Of a stretch of 64,000 nucleotides of DNA, positions 1 to 12,004 are shown in pieces. The notes below the pieces were generated by a model. The model was not told where the DNA came from. It did no database searches and saw only the letters and a list, made by a program, of their open reading frames with translations. Every line of letters begins with the position of its first letter. Position 1 is the stretch's first letter. A program made the position numbers and the translations under genes. This DNA comes from Paraphysomonas bandaiensis. Its lineage: Eukaryota > Protista > Chrysophyceae. The DNA lies in assembly GCA_965644295.1 (NCBI GenBank), contig CBFFRP010000280.1:1-64000 (forward strand), read 5' to 3'.

Positions 1-440
1 CAGCAGCACTTGAGGAGCAGGGGCCAGATGACCAGCGAATTCTATGGCACAAAAGACTTGGCCATGTCAACTATGATAAACTGACTGGAGTCCGACCGCC
101 GAGGCCTAGTTGATGGAATAAATCTGGACAAGAAATATTTCAGAAAAAACACAAAAAAACGATATGCAAATGTAATACCTGCATGCGATCGAAACTCACG
201 AGAAAGAACTTCAGGACTCCACGCCAGTTGATGAACTTAGACAACAACCCAAAGGAGAGAGGGGTGCTCAGTGCAGATACGATGGAAGTCCTAAACACGC
301 CATCGATGGAAGGCTACAAACATGTGTTACTATTCAAGCACAGTGATGCAAAACATGTATGGGCTATGGTTGAAAGACTGGGAGTGAAGTGTTAAAGTGT
401 ATGAAGGACATGGTAGAGACCCAACTTGTCAAAGAAGGAT
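1..440 (+). mobile_element. Degenerate Ty1/copia LTR-retrotransposon pol fragment (GAG-pre-integrase and start of integrase core)
   Basis: Frameshifted translation gives LWHKRLGHVNYDKL (from about 44), then CKCNTCMRSKLTRKNF and SADTMEVLNTPSMEGYKHVLLF...HVWA. This is the HHCC zinc motif and the start of the rve domain typical of copia elements. The fragment is truncated at the window edge and by the array at 445. Confidence 0.8.
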
Positions 441-444
441 TGCA

Positions 445-1015
445 TAGCACCTATAGGTAGATGACAACTAACCTATAGGTAATGCCTGCGACAGAGGTAC
501 CTATAGGTATGATGTTATGGTACCTATAGGTAATACCTACGGCTGAGGTACCTATACGTATGATGTTGTGGTCCCTATAGGGAATGTGCGCTAGCACCTA
601 TAGGGAGATGACAGTTAACCTATAGGTAATGCCTAGGGCCGAGATACCTATAGGTAGATGACAACTAACCTATAGGTAATACCTAGGGCTGAGACACCTA
701 TAGGTTTTGTGGGCTAGCACCTATAGGTAGATGACAATTAACCTATAGGTATTACCTACGTCTGAGGTACCTATAGGTATGGTGTTATGGTCGCTATAGG
801 GAATGTGGGCTAGCACCTATAGGTAGATGACAATTAACCTATACGTAATACCTACGGTCGAGGTACCTATAGGTATGATTTTATGGTACCTATAGGTGGT
901 GAGACATAGGCACCTACCTATAGGTAGGGTCGCTAGGAATACCTACAGGTAGGTACCTAATAGGTATGCATGAACTACCTATAGGAAGTTCGAAGTACCT
1001 ATAGGTACCTAATAT
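445..1015. repeat. Array of about 25 ACCTATAGGT palindromes separated by a few recurring 12-18 nt spacer types
   Basis: Read directly from sequence. Recurring spacers are agatgacaacta, aatacctacggctgaggt, atgatgttatggt and aatgtgggctagc. Confidence 0.9.
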
Positions 1016-1227
1016 AGCCCACCGATGACATTAGTTCTGACTCCTACTACTACACTCCTATTGCTAATAATAGTATATAGCAACCCGTCCCCACAAAGTG
1101 AAGCTAGAATGATGATGCACACGTCTGATATTGTCCCTTAGCCCTGCCATATCAGAACTTAAATACAACTACCAGATCATTATTATTGTTTTCTCTACTT
1201 CGTAATTTATTAAAACATATTATAGCC

Positions 1228-4200
1228 TCAGCCAAATATTCTCAAACTGCCTTGAATTGAAACTCGACATATAGGGCAGCTCGCATTGGTGGAACTAATA
1301 ACTGTTGTAGCACAGGGATGGCAAACACACTTGTGGCCACATGGAATAAACGCATGTGTACAGCTATCATCCAAACAAACAACACAATCAGAAAATCCGT
1401 TGCTATCCCCACTAACGGAAGGGTTAGAAGTGCTACTAAAACCCTCATCGGCTTCAAATTCTAAAGAATCAACCGTAGAGCTAATGGATGAAGACGCCGG
1501 TACCTCGGGATTTGCTTCCCAACGACGTCGCTAATATGCATATACATCAATACAATGCAATATATACCAACAAAACTACATGTACCGAAATGTAAACACT
1601 CACCTGCACCGGAACACCCCCCATAGAGCTAGTGGATGAAGGGGCTGGTACCTCGGGATTTGCTTCCCAACGACGTCGCTAATATGCATATACATCAATA
1701 CAATGCAATATATACCAACAAAACTACATTTACCGAAATGTAAACACTCACCTGCACCGCAACGCCCCCCGTAGAGCTAGTGGATGAAGGGGCTGGTACC
1801 TCGGGATTTGCTTCCCAACGACGTCGCTGATATACATATACATCAATACGATGCAATATATACCAACAAAACTACATGTACCATGTGGAAAACACTCACC
1901 TGCACCGCAACGCCCCCCGTAGAGCTAGTGGATGAAGGGGCTGGTACCTCGGGATTTGCTTCCCAACGACGTCGCTAATATGCATATACATCAATACAAT
2001 GCAATATATACCAACAAAACTACATGTACCATGTGGAAAACACTCACCTGCACCGGAACGCCCCCCGTAGAGCTAGTGGATGAAGACGCTGGTACCTCGG
2101 GATTTGCTTCCCAACGACGTCGCTGATATACATATACATCAATACAATGCAATGTATACCAACAAAACTACATTTACCGAAATGTAAACACTCACCTGCA
2201 CCGCAACGCCCCCCGTAGAGCTAGTGGATGAAGACGCCGGTACCTCGGGATTTGCTTCCCAACGACGTCGCTGATATACATATACATCAATACAATGCAA
2301 TATATACCAACAAAACTACATGTACCGAAATGTAAACACTCACCTGCACCGCAACGCCCCTCGTAGAGCTAGTGGATGAAGGGGCTGGTACCTCGGGATT
2401 TGCTTCCCAACGACGTCGCTAATATGCATATACATCAATACAATGCAATATATACCAACAAAACTACATTTACCGAAATGTAAACACTCACCTGCACCGG
2501 AACACGCCCCATAGAGCTAGAGGATGAAGGGGCTGGTACCTCGGGATTTGCTTCCCAACGACGTCGCTGATATACATATACATCAATACAATGCAATATA
2601 TACCAACGAATTACATTTACCGAAATGTAAACACTCACCTGCACCGCAACGCCCCTCGTAGAGCTAGTGGATGAAGACGCCGGTACCTCGGGATTTGCTT
2701 CCCAACGACCGCGCTAATATGCATATACATCAATACAATGCAATATATACCAACAAAATTACATGTACCGAAATGTAAACACTCACCTGCACCGGAACGC
2801 CCCCCGTAGAGCTAGTGGATGAAGGGGCTGGTACCTCGGGATTTGCTTCCCTACGACGTCGCTGATATACATATACATCAATACAATGCAATATATACCA
2901 ACAAATTACATGTACCATGTGGAAAACACTCACCTGCACCGCAACGCCCCTCGTAGAGCTAGTGGATGAAGGGGCTGGTACCTCGGGATTTGCTTCCCTA
3001 CGAAGTCGCTGATATACATATACATCAATACAATGCAATGTATACCAACAAATTACATGTATACACTCACCTGCACCGGAACACCCCCCGTAGAGCTAGA
3101 GGATGAAGGGGCTGGTACCACGGGATTTGCTGCCCCACGAAGTCGCTGATATACATATACATCAATATAATGCAATGTATATCAACAAAACTACATGTAC
3201 CATGTGGAAATCACTTACCTGTACCGGAACAGCTTCGAATTTTACTTTTTCACCTGGTGACCTAAACCTCCCTGGATCCGTCACAATCTGCCATGTGCTT
3301 CCGTTGTATATACCCATGGCTAGTTCATACGAAGATGGGAATCCCGTCACCTCAAATCTCTTACCCGAACCATTGTCGATGGTCAGTGTTCTCCCCTCAG
3401 TTATAACGATATCTATCACACCTCCCATATACTTGTGCCATTCAGGTTTTGCATAGTTCCTAGCTGTACCAGCGCCACCGACAGCGTACTGGGTCTGATC
3501 ATATAAAGGGATATTCATATTGAGAGAATCCGTTGGCGCCATTCCAATTGTGTTACTAGAATTACCATCCTGATGTAGTTGAAATCGACACCCACTGCTA
3601 GGAATCCCATTAAATGTCACACATGCCGTACTGCTGGCCTTTATGAAGGTAGGATTTAGCAACACAGCGTTGCTTCCATATTGAGCGAAAGTAATATTCA
3701 TCCCAGTTGGCATCTATTATAACAGCTGATTATACTCGACAAATCATATACCAACGAATTATATGTACCGAAATGTAAACACTCACCTGCACCGGAACGC
3801 CCCCCATAGAGCTAGTGGATGAAGGGGCTGGTACCTCGGGATTTGCTTCCCTACGACGTCGCTGATATACATATACATCAATACAATGCAATATATACCA
3901 ACAAATTACATGTACCGAAATGTAAACACTCACCTGCACCGGAACGCCCCCCGTAGAGCTAGTGGATGAAGGGGCTGGTACCTCGGGATTTGCTTCCCTA
4001 CGACGTCGCTGATATACATATACATCAATACAATGCAATATATACCAACAAATTACATGTACCGAAATGTAAACACTCACCTGCACCGGAACGCCCCCCG
4101 TAGAGCTAGTGGATGAAGGGGCTGGTACCTCGGGATTTGCTTCCCTACGAAGTCGCTGATATACATATACATCAATACAATGCAATGTATACCAACAAAT

Positions 4201-7028
4201 TACATGTATACACTCACCTGCACCGGAACACCCCCCGTAGAGCTAGAGGATGAAGGGGCTGGTACCACGGGATTTGCTGCCCCACGAAGTCGCTGATATA
4301 CATATACATCAATATAATGCAATGTATATCAACAAAACTACATGTACCATGTGGAAATCACTTACCTGTACCGGAACAGCTTCGAATTTTACTTTTTCAC
4401 CTGGTGACCTAAACCTCCCTGGATCCGTCACAATCTGCCATGTGCTTCCGTTGTATATACCCATGGCTAGTTCATACGAAGATGGGAATCCCGTCACCTC
4501 AAATCTCTTACCCGAACCATTGTCGATGGTCAGTGTTCTCCCCTCAGTTATAACGATATCTATCACACCTCCCATATACTTGTGCCATTCAGGTTTTGCA
4601 TAGTTCCTAGCTGTACCAGCGCCACCGACAGCGTACTGGGTCTGATCATATAAAGGGATATTCATATTGAGAGAATCCGTTGGCGCCATTCCAATTGTGT
4701 TACTAGAATTACCATCCTGATGTAGTTGAAATCGACACCCACTGCTAGGAATCCCATTAAATGTCACACATGCCGTACTGCTGGCCTTTATGAAGGTAGG
4801 ATTTAGCAACACAGCGTTGCTTCCATATTGAGCGAAAGTAATATTCATCCCAGTTGGCATCTATTATAACAGCTGATTATACTCGACAAATCATATACCA
4901 ACGAATTACATGTACCGAAATGTAAACACTCACCTGCACCGGAACGCCCCCCATAGAGCTAGTGGATGAAGGGGCTGGTACCTCGGGATTTGCTTCCCAA
5001 CGACCGCGCTAATATACACATACATCAATACAATGCAATATATACCAACAAAACTACATGTACCGAAATGTATACACTCACCTGCACCGGAACACCCCCC
5101 ATAGAGCTAGAGGATGAAGGGGCTGGTACCACGGGATTAGCTGCCCCACGAAGTCGCTGATATACATATACATCAATACAATGCAATGTATACCAACAAA
5201 TTACATGTACCAAAATGTAAACACTCACCTGCACCGGAACGCCCCCCGTAGAGCTAGTGGATGAAGGGGCTGGTACCTCGGGATTTGCTTCCCAACGACG
5301 TTGCTAATATGCATATACATCAATACAATGCAATGTATACCAACAAATTACATGTACCGAAATGTAAACACTCACCTGCACCGCAACGCCCCCCGTAGAG
5401 CTAGTGGATGAAGGGGCTGGTACCTCGGGATTTGCTTCCCCACGAAGTCGCTGATATACATATACATCAATACAATGCAATATATACCAACAAATTACAT
5501 TTACTGAAATGTATACACTCACCTGCACCGGAACACCCCCCGTAGAGCTAGAGGATGAAGGGGCTGGTACCACGGGATTTGCTGCCCCACGAAGTCGCTG
5601 ATATACATATACATCAATATAATGCAATGTATATCAACAAAACTACATGTACCATGTGGAAATCACTTACCTGTACCGGAACAGCTTCGAATTTTACTTT
5701 TTCACCTGGTGACCTAAACCTCCCTGGATCCGTCACAATCTGCCATGTGCTTCCGTTGTATATACCCATGGCTAGTTCATACGAAGATGGGAATCCCGTC
5801 ACCTCAAATCTCTTACCCGAACCATTGTCGATGGTCAGTGTTCTCCCCTCAGTTATAACGATATCTATCACACCTCCCATATACTTGTGCCATTCAGGTT
5901 TTGCATAGTTCCTAGCTGTACCAGCGCCACCGACAGCGTACTGGGTCTGATCATATAAAGGGATATTCATATTGAGAGAATCCGTTGGCGCCATTCCAAT
6001 TGTGTTACTAGAATTACCATCCTGATGTAGTTGAAATCGACACCCACTGCTAGGAATCCCATTAAATGTCACACATGCCGTACTGCTGGCCTTTATGAAG
6101 GTAGGATTTAGCAACACAGCGTTGCTTCCATATTGAGCGAAAGTAATATTCATCCCAGTTGGCATCTATTATAACAGCTGATTATACTCGACAAATCATA
6201 TACCAACGAATTATATGTACCGAAATGTAAACACTCACCTGCACCGGAACGCCCCCCATAGAGCTAGTGGATGAAGGGGCTGGTACCTCGGGATTTGCTT
6301 CCCAACGACCGCGCTAATATACACATACATCAATACAATGCAATATATACCAACAAATTACATTTACCGAAATGTATACACTCACCTGCACCGGAACACC
6401 CCCCGTAGAGCTAGAGGATGAAGGGGCTGGTACCACGGGATTAGCTGCCCCACGAAGTCGCTGATATACATATACATCAATACAATGCAATGTATATCAA
6501 CAAAACTACATGTACCATGTGGAAATCACTTACCTGTACCGGAACAGCTTCGAATTTTACTTTTTCACCTGGTGACCTAAACCTCCCTGGATCCATCACA
6601 ATCTGCCATGTGCTTCCGTTGTATATACCCATGGCTAGTTCATACGAAGATGGGAATCCCGTCACCTCAAATCTCTTACCCGAACCATTGTCGATGGTCA
6701 GTGTTCTCCCCTCAGTTATAACGATATCTATCACACCTCCCATATACTTGTGCCATTCAGGTTTTGCATAGTTCCTAGCTGTACCAGCGCCACCGACAGC
6801 GTACTGGGTCTGATCATATAAAGGGATATTCATATTGAGAGAATCCGTTGGCGCCATTCCAATTGTGTTACTAGAATTATCATCCTGATGTAGTTGAAAT
6901 CGACACCCACTGCTAGGAATCCCATTAAATGTCACACATGCCGTACTGCTGGCCTTTACGAAGGTAGGATTTAGCAACACAGCGTTGCTTCCATATTGAG
7001 CGAAAGTAACATTCATTCCAGTTGGCAT
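1228..7028 (-). CDS. Multi-exon Neuralized-like RING E3 ligase: 4 NHR/SPRY-like domains, 22 repeated 25-aa linker exons and a C-terminal C3HC4 RING (about 1310 aa if all exons are included)
   Basis: All exons are phase 0, with GTGAGT/GTAAGT donors and CAG/TAG acceptors. The 495-nt exons are at 6534-7028, 5671-6165, 4366-4860 and 3219-3713. The 75-nt exons occur in blocks of 2, 5, 4 and 11. Terminal exon 1228-1530 translates RRRWEANPEVPASSS...SDCVVCLDDSCTHAFIPCGHKCVCHPCATTVISSTNASCPICRVSIQGSLRIFG* (RING-HC). Confidence 0.8.
1474..6533 (-). repeat. Tandem 147-148 bp units, each a 75-nt exon plus a 72-73 nt intron (two introns shortened to 62 nt), in four blocks
   Basis: Exon left coordinates are 1604, 1752, 1900, 2048, 2196, 2344, 2492, 2639, 2787, 2934, 3071, 3787, 3934, 4081, 4218, 4934, 5082, 5229, 5376, 5523, 6239 and 6386. 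Consensus peptide is RRRWEANPEVPAPSSTSSTGGVPVQ. Confidence 0.92.
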
Positions 7029-8757
7029 CTACAATAACTAGACTATAGTCACAGTTGTTTTGTGTGTAGCGTTCTATTAATGACTACCTTGAGCAGCACA
7101 CTGTGTGTGTATCCCATATATAGATATGGATATGGCAGTACTGCTACTGTCGTATAGTGTATCATCACTTCCTCTTCTTCATGTACTGTGTCCCTGCAGG
7201 CAGAAATGTCTGACATTCTTCCTCTGTCCAAACGTAATACGCTGTATTCACCATGTATAAAGCACCATACACAACAATTTAGAGCGCAGGAATACAGAGT
7301 ACAGAGTACAGCAGTATCTACAGCAGATCCGCAGTATATGATCAGCCATATAATGCCACTAGATAACATACACGCTATTTAGCACTCTATTGTCATGACG
7401 CTGAGTAGCGCAACCCTGCTGTCATATCTAAAGCATTATGACTTATCGAGATTGCATACTGTGGGTGGATAAGACTGGGCACATAGATCATATTAGCTCT
7501 CTTGGGACGAACCTAACTAGTTGTGTATATGACTGTATGACTGTCAAGGAAGAGACGTCTAATGTTAATGAGCATGCCTACTAGTGAACTGTCTGTCAGA
7601 GGGATTACACCTTCCCCTCGAGGTTATATGACTTCATTCCTGGTACTCTTGTCGGGAAATCGGTGAAATAAGCGACTACGATACGAATAGCAAGAGAATC
7701 TAGTCTCAGACGAAACACTTTCTCCATTCTCAGTTCTTCATCAATTAGCGAAGTTGGGATTTATGTGTGTGTACGTTTGCATTAATTTCGATGAACTTGA
7801 CCAAAATTGGAGCTTTGACCTATAAGGAAATATATGCATGTACATCCTATAGAGATTCAAAATTTAAGCAATTGTTTCTACGCGCTGGTACAATCTGAGA
7901 TAAAATGATTCCACAAATCAGAGCTATGGAGCAATGTATCGTGTTGTGTGGTTGGAATATGTATTGCTCGACCAGTAAGAAAATTGTAATATTTTCCTTT
8001 GGGAAGCTGGCTTACACTACTATTGCAACATATATTTTCTTACCCTGCAGGAAATGTTGTAGTATAAAGCACATAGCTTTTCGTATATCGTATATTTGAG
8101 CTAAAGACTATATAAAGTGAGTTTGAAATTAACTTAACTTAAAACGAAAACCTTGAAGTAAGCCAAACGTTTCGAAGTACTACGCAACCATTTATTTCAT
8201 AAACACTATTTACCATGGCACAACGTAAATAGTATACAATGAAATACAATATATGTCACAGTTGCAACGATGGTTGTATTTTGTATTATATGAAATATAA
8301 ACTATTGTAACTTTACATTTCCACTTCTTGATAGCAAACTATTCACTGGATATGTTTAGGTCAATCTTTGTCAGATGGAATACTTGCTTGATTGTCATTG
8401 AAAAGTTTATCTCATTCATGCCTCTATTATCTATTCGCATTTGGCATACTGAACACATAAAATGAAGATTTAGAGAGCAAATGAATAAGATAATAATGCA
8501 TGGGCTTATTACCTGTGCAATTGTTGAGTGCTACTTTCTTTTGAAAATAGAATTACTGTCCCGTTGTGCTATTCTTATGCAAGCACCAGGCACAGTCCTA
8601 AAAACCACTTTGATCTATATATATTTCTAGCTAGCAATTCCAGATATGGATAAAGTTATTGATAATTTTATAAACTGAATGGACGGCAGAGCGATGAAAT
8701 AATTCGTCTTAATATCATTTAAGCATTTGTTATGCTGATATATATGCAACTTTCCCC

Positions 8758-9007
8758 CTAAACTTTGAATCCTTCACTTCGCAAACACGCTTTGTGCTCT
8801 TCTATCACAGCAGCACATTTATCCTCACCATATGTTACAACACATTCGTCTCTCAATTTCTTCGTCTCTGGGCATGAGCAGCATATTTTCTTACCAGACT
8901 TACCGAGGACTACTTTCTGCTGAACAAATAAAACAAAGCAGTCAACAATATAACTTTCAACTTACTGGTGGTTGCTTCTCATTCTCTTGAACTGTAGTAG
9001 AATTCAT
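8758..9007 (-). CDS. COX17: Cytochrome c oxidase copper chaperone COX17 (2 exons, about 67 aa; absent from the ORF track)
   Basis: Exon 8966-9007 gives MNSTTVQENEKQPP. A 46-nt GTAAGT..CAG intron follows. Exon 8758-8919 gives QKVVLGKSGKKICCSCPETKKLRDECVVTYGEDKCAAVIEEHKACLRSEGFKV*, containing the CCxC and twin CX9C motifs. Confidence 0.95.
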
Positions 9008-9380
9008 TATCTATATTACTCAGGGGGTCACTGGCATATATTACACAAGTATGATAGTCTGATTGCAGTACAAGTTATTCCATTGGATTCCTACGGCTCT
9101 GGAAGAATGCATACACAAGTACACTGTACAGTATAATAATGCGCGTACTTTGTATGCTGTGTGGAACATATATACGTATGTACTACACACGAGTGTATAC
9201 GCTCAACCTCAACAAGAATCATGAATACAGCAGTATACCGTATACCGTATAATACGGTGTAACTATGACAGTTACTTACATGCTTCGTCCTCTGCCTTTA
9301 AGATAAGAATGATGCTCTGATCCAACATTATATTCATACATACAAGTCAATAGCTATCACCAGTGATTTGTATCGTACTA

Positions 9381-11370
9381 ATGGCATCTGTTCTTCAGAA
9401 CTTGATCCAAGCTCCACGGAATACTGCAGACCCCAGGGTATATACCCACAGTATATATGCATTCATATGACCCTTTTGTATTAGGTAGCATCGACTTATA
9501 TACCGAAGAAAACTAGGGGAAGTGATGGTGTGCTCTATGCACTTAACCGGGAAGAAGATCGTGGTAAATACAGAACACTTTCAGAGGAGGAGATAATGGA
9601 AGAAATTAGAATTAGTCGAGAAATGTCAACATCGCTCAAGATAATGAGCGGAAAATTAGATTCTTCAGGAAGATCTCGTAAGCCCAACTCTGGAAAATTT
9701 ATTCCACCTACAATGGGGACCAATACTAAGCAAAGGAAGATCGAAAAGCGCGCTTGGGATAAACATATTGCTGCAAAGCGTACACAGACTGCCACTTCAA
9801 TTTCCATGGGCAACAACTCAACAACTAATTCCACCCAACCTTCAGAGGAGCGATTGATGAAAGCAGTTAATGATATGCAAGAAAAGTACACTCAAAATCT
9901 TTCTGTTATTGAAACACTGCTTGCTGAACGTGAACAGATGGAGCGACGAGTACGATCTTTAGAGAAAGCAGTTGAAGAATCGAAACTACAAGCATCCGAT
10001 AAATATTCAGAATCAGCAGCAAAACGGAGATTGAATAAAACTACTCCTGGAGTTGTAGAAGGTAGAGGTTTAGATCTTGACCTGCATGATAGCGAGGAGG
10101 ATGAGGGAATACAGAGACTAGCCAAGACCGCCCAGGGTGTGTATGGTCACGGCGATGAGGCACTTCCAGAAGGCCTAGATAGTCCTCCGCCCCCGCCTTA
10201 CTCGTCTAGTCCTACGAATAGTGACACATGTGAACGCCTTTATTATGAATCAGATCAGTCAGAGGGGGAGAAGAAAGAAATCTATGTGAAAGCGCCGACT
10301 TCCACTCGTCCACGGTCAAAGAGTGCTCATAATATATCTCGTGGAAGGGGAAGTAGTAATACACGGATATCGTCTACTGAACACAATTCGACTACGCAGC
10401 CAGCTACAGTCAGGTGCCTATATAGTTGTGTTGCTCATGTGTGTAACATTCTACAGGATGAATCGGGTTCGGAAAAAAGGGAAACCAGTACAGGTGAGTT
10501 TCCGTTAGTGTTACTTTGATGCATCGTCCTTTTTTATTAGTGTTGGTGTATGTAGACTTCTGGTAAGAGTAAAACATGCAGCGAAATAGACAGTCGGCAT
10601 CGTGGAGCTAGAATTTCTCATGAACTTGAAATGCAAAGACGGAAAAATGATGAAAAGGAGGCGGAATTGAAACGTCTACAGGAAGGAATACCGGGGCGTG
10701 ATCGACTGTGGCACTCTGAAAAGTCGTTCACGGTTAACTCATCGCCCACTAATCAAGGAATTGACACACATCGAAAGAATACCACGAGTCTGCGGAATAA
10801 GTCTCGAGATGTACCAGTCGAGAAACAGTATAAGCAGCAAGATTCCACTCGGGCAGAGGTGTTTTTGGTGAACAGTGCACTGGAGACAGAGAAACGTCGT
10901 CGATCCAAGGCTGAGGCGGCTTCCGGTCGGAGAGAGAATGATATATTGGACTCAGAAACGGTTAACAGGCTAAGTAAGGCAGATCAAAGTAGGACGAAAT
11001 TGGTGAGAATAATGTTACAGTTAGTTGCAATACCCTAAATATTGGTGTGCCAGGTATATCCTACTTCTGATGGGACAAGTAAAAAGACGGCTAAGATTCT
11101 TGAGTCCTTAACGGACATACCAATGTCAATAGAAGTAAGTCTGACAATAGGGTTGATGTGATTTTTTAAGTTTTGTTACATTAGAGGAGTGAGCACGATG
11201 AAACTTTCAATCCAAACAAAAAGAAACCGAAGTCTTCAAGGAGTACATTTCGATGAGTGGGCTGTCTTACATTAAACGTAGACATTATTTTATATGACAG
11301 CTATCTAAAAGGAGATGTCTTAGAAAGAAAGCTCTACAATATAGTTTTAGAACAGAAAGCTGATACATAG
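9381..11370 (+). CDS. Uncharacterised multi-exon protein with a coiled-coil segment and low-complexity regions
   Basis: ATG at 9381. Intron 9438-9484 splices in frame into ORF 9530-10519. Further short GT-AG introns link to ORF 10631-11038 and small 3' exons ending in TAG at 11368-11370. The 3' exon structure is approximate. Confidence 0.6.
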
Positions 11371-12004
11371 TTTTTGAATTGTATGATACTTGATATTGAA
11401 ATAATATTTGCGGTTAATAAATTTATTTGGTTTTCCATCACGTAAAACTATCAACATATTCACTATATCTTAAACCTTAAACACTTTCAGCTTTGATCAG
11501 ATGCTAGTATCTTATGATCGTTGTTCATCAGTATTATTCTTTCATTTTTATTCAGTATCTATTATCTATTCTAACCCCGATATACGTATCGTCCTGTATC
11601 ATACTGAATGTAATATCGTTAACATTTGTATGAATCTTAACGGCAACTTAAGCTCTAGTGCAACTCTAAACTCTAATCACAAGGTCACAAAACAGAATAA
11701 GCTATTGACTATTGACATCAGCATACATTACAATAAGATATTGTATGCCCTCATTCGGTATATCTCAAACATGAAATTTGAGTGAGGATACCATACTCAA
11801 GTCTTCTGCAACACATTTCATTTCGTACTTGGTAGTGTATTGTGTATTGGGCATTAAAGACGTGTACATTATTATATTATAATATATACAGATATACCAT
11901 ACACCATACAATACCATTAGAAGCAATAATATACAACGTGCAAGCTGCGGTGATGAAATACGAGTATGGTAAAAATAAGCTCTGAACACACTATATACTT
12001 AACT

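Noticed and set aside
445-1015. CRISPR-like repeat-spacer array
   Set aside because: The repeat is only 10 bp and the spacers are short and themselves repeated.
1604-6460. Alternative frame of the 75-nt exon (SDVVGKQIPRYQPLHPLALRGAFRC, LRR-like, with several apparently synonymous variants)
   Set aside because: It is open within the small exons but hits stops in the 495-nt exons and does not lead into the RING. Only phase 0 links all exons.
1604-6460. Kex2-processed peptide precursor (RR-EA-NP pattern)
   Set aside because: No signal peptide is visible, and the C-terminal RING implies a cytosolic or nuclear protein.
1474-6533. CRISPR-like array or non-coding satellite
   Set aside because: There are no unique spacers and no cas genes, the context is eukaryotic, and the units resolve into exon plus intron.
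1242-6771. Numerous short ORF-track entries (MKGLVPRDLL..., MHCIDVYVYQ..., etc.)
   Set aside because: These are antisense or intron read-through frames of the repeat array.
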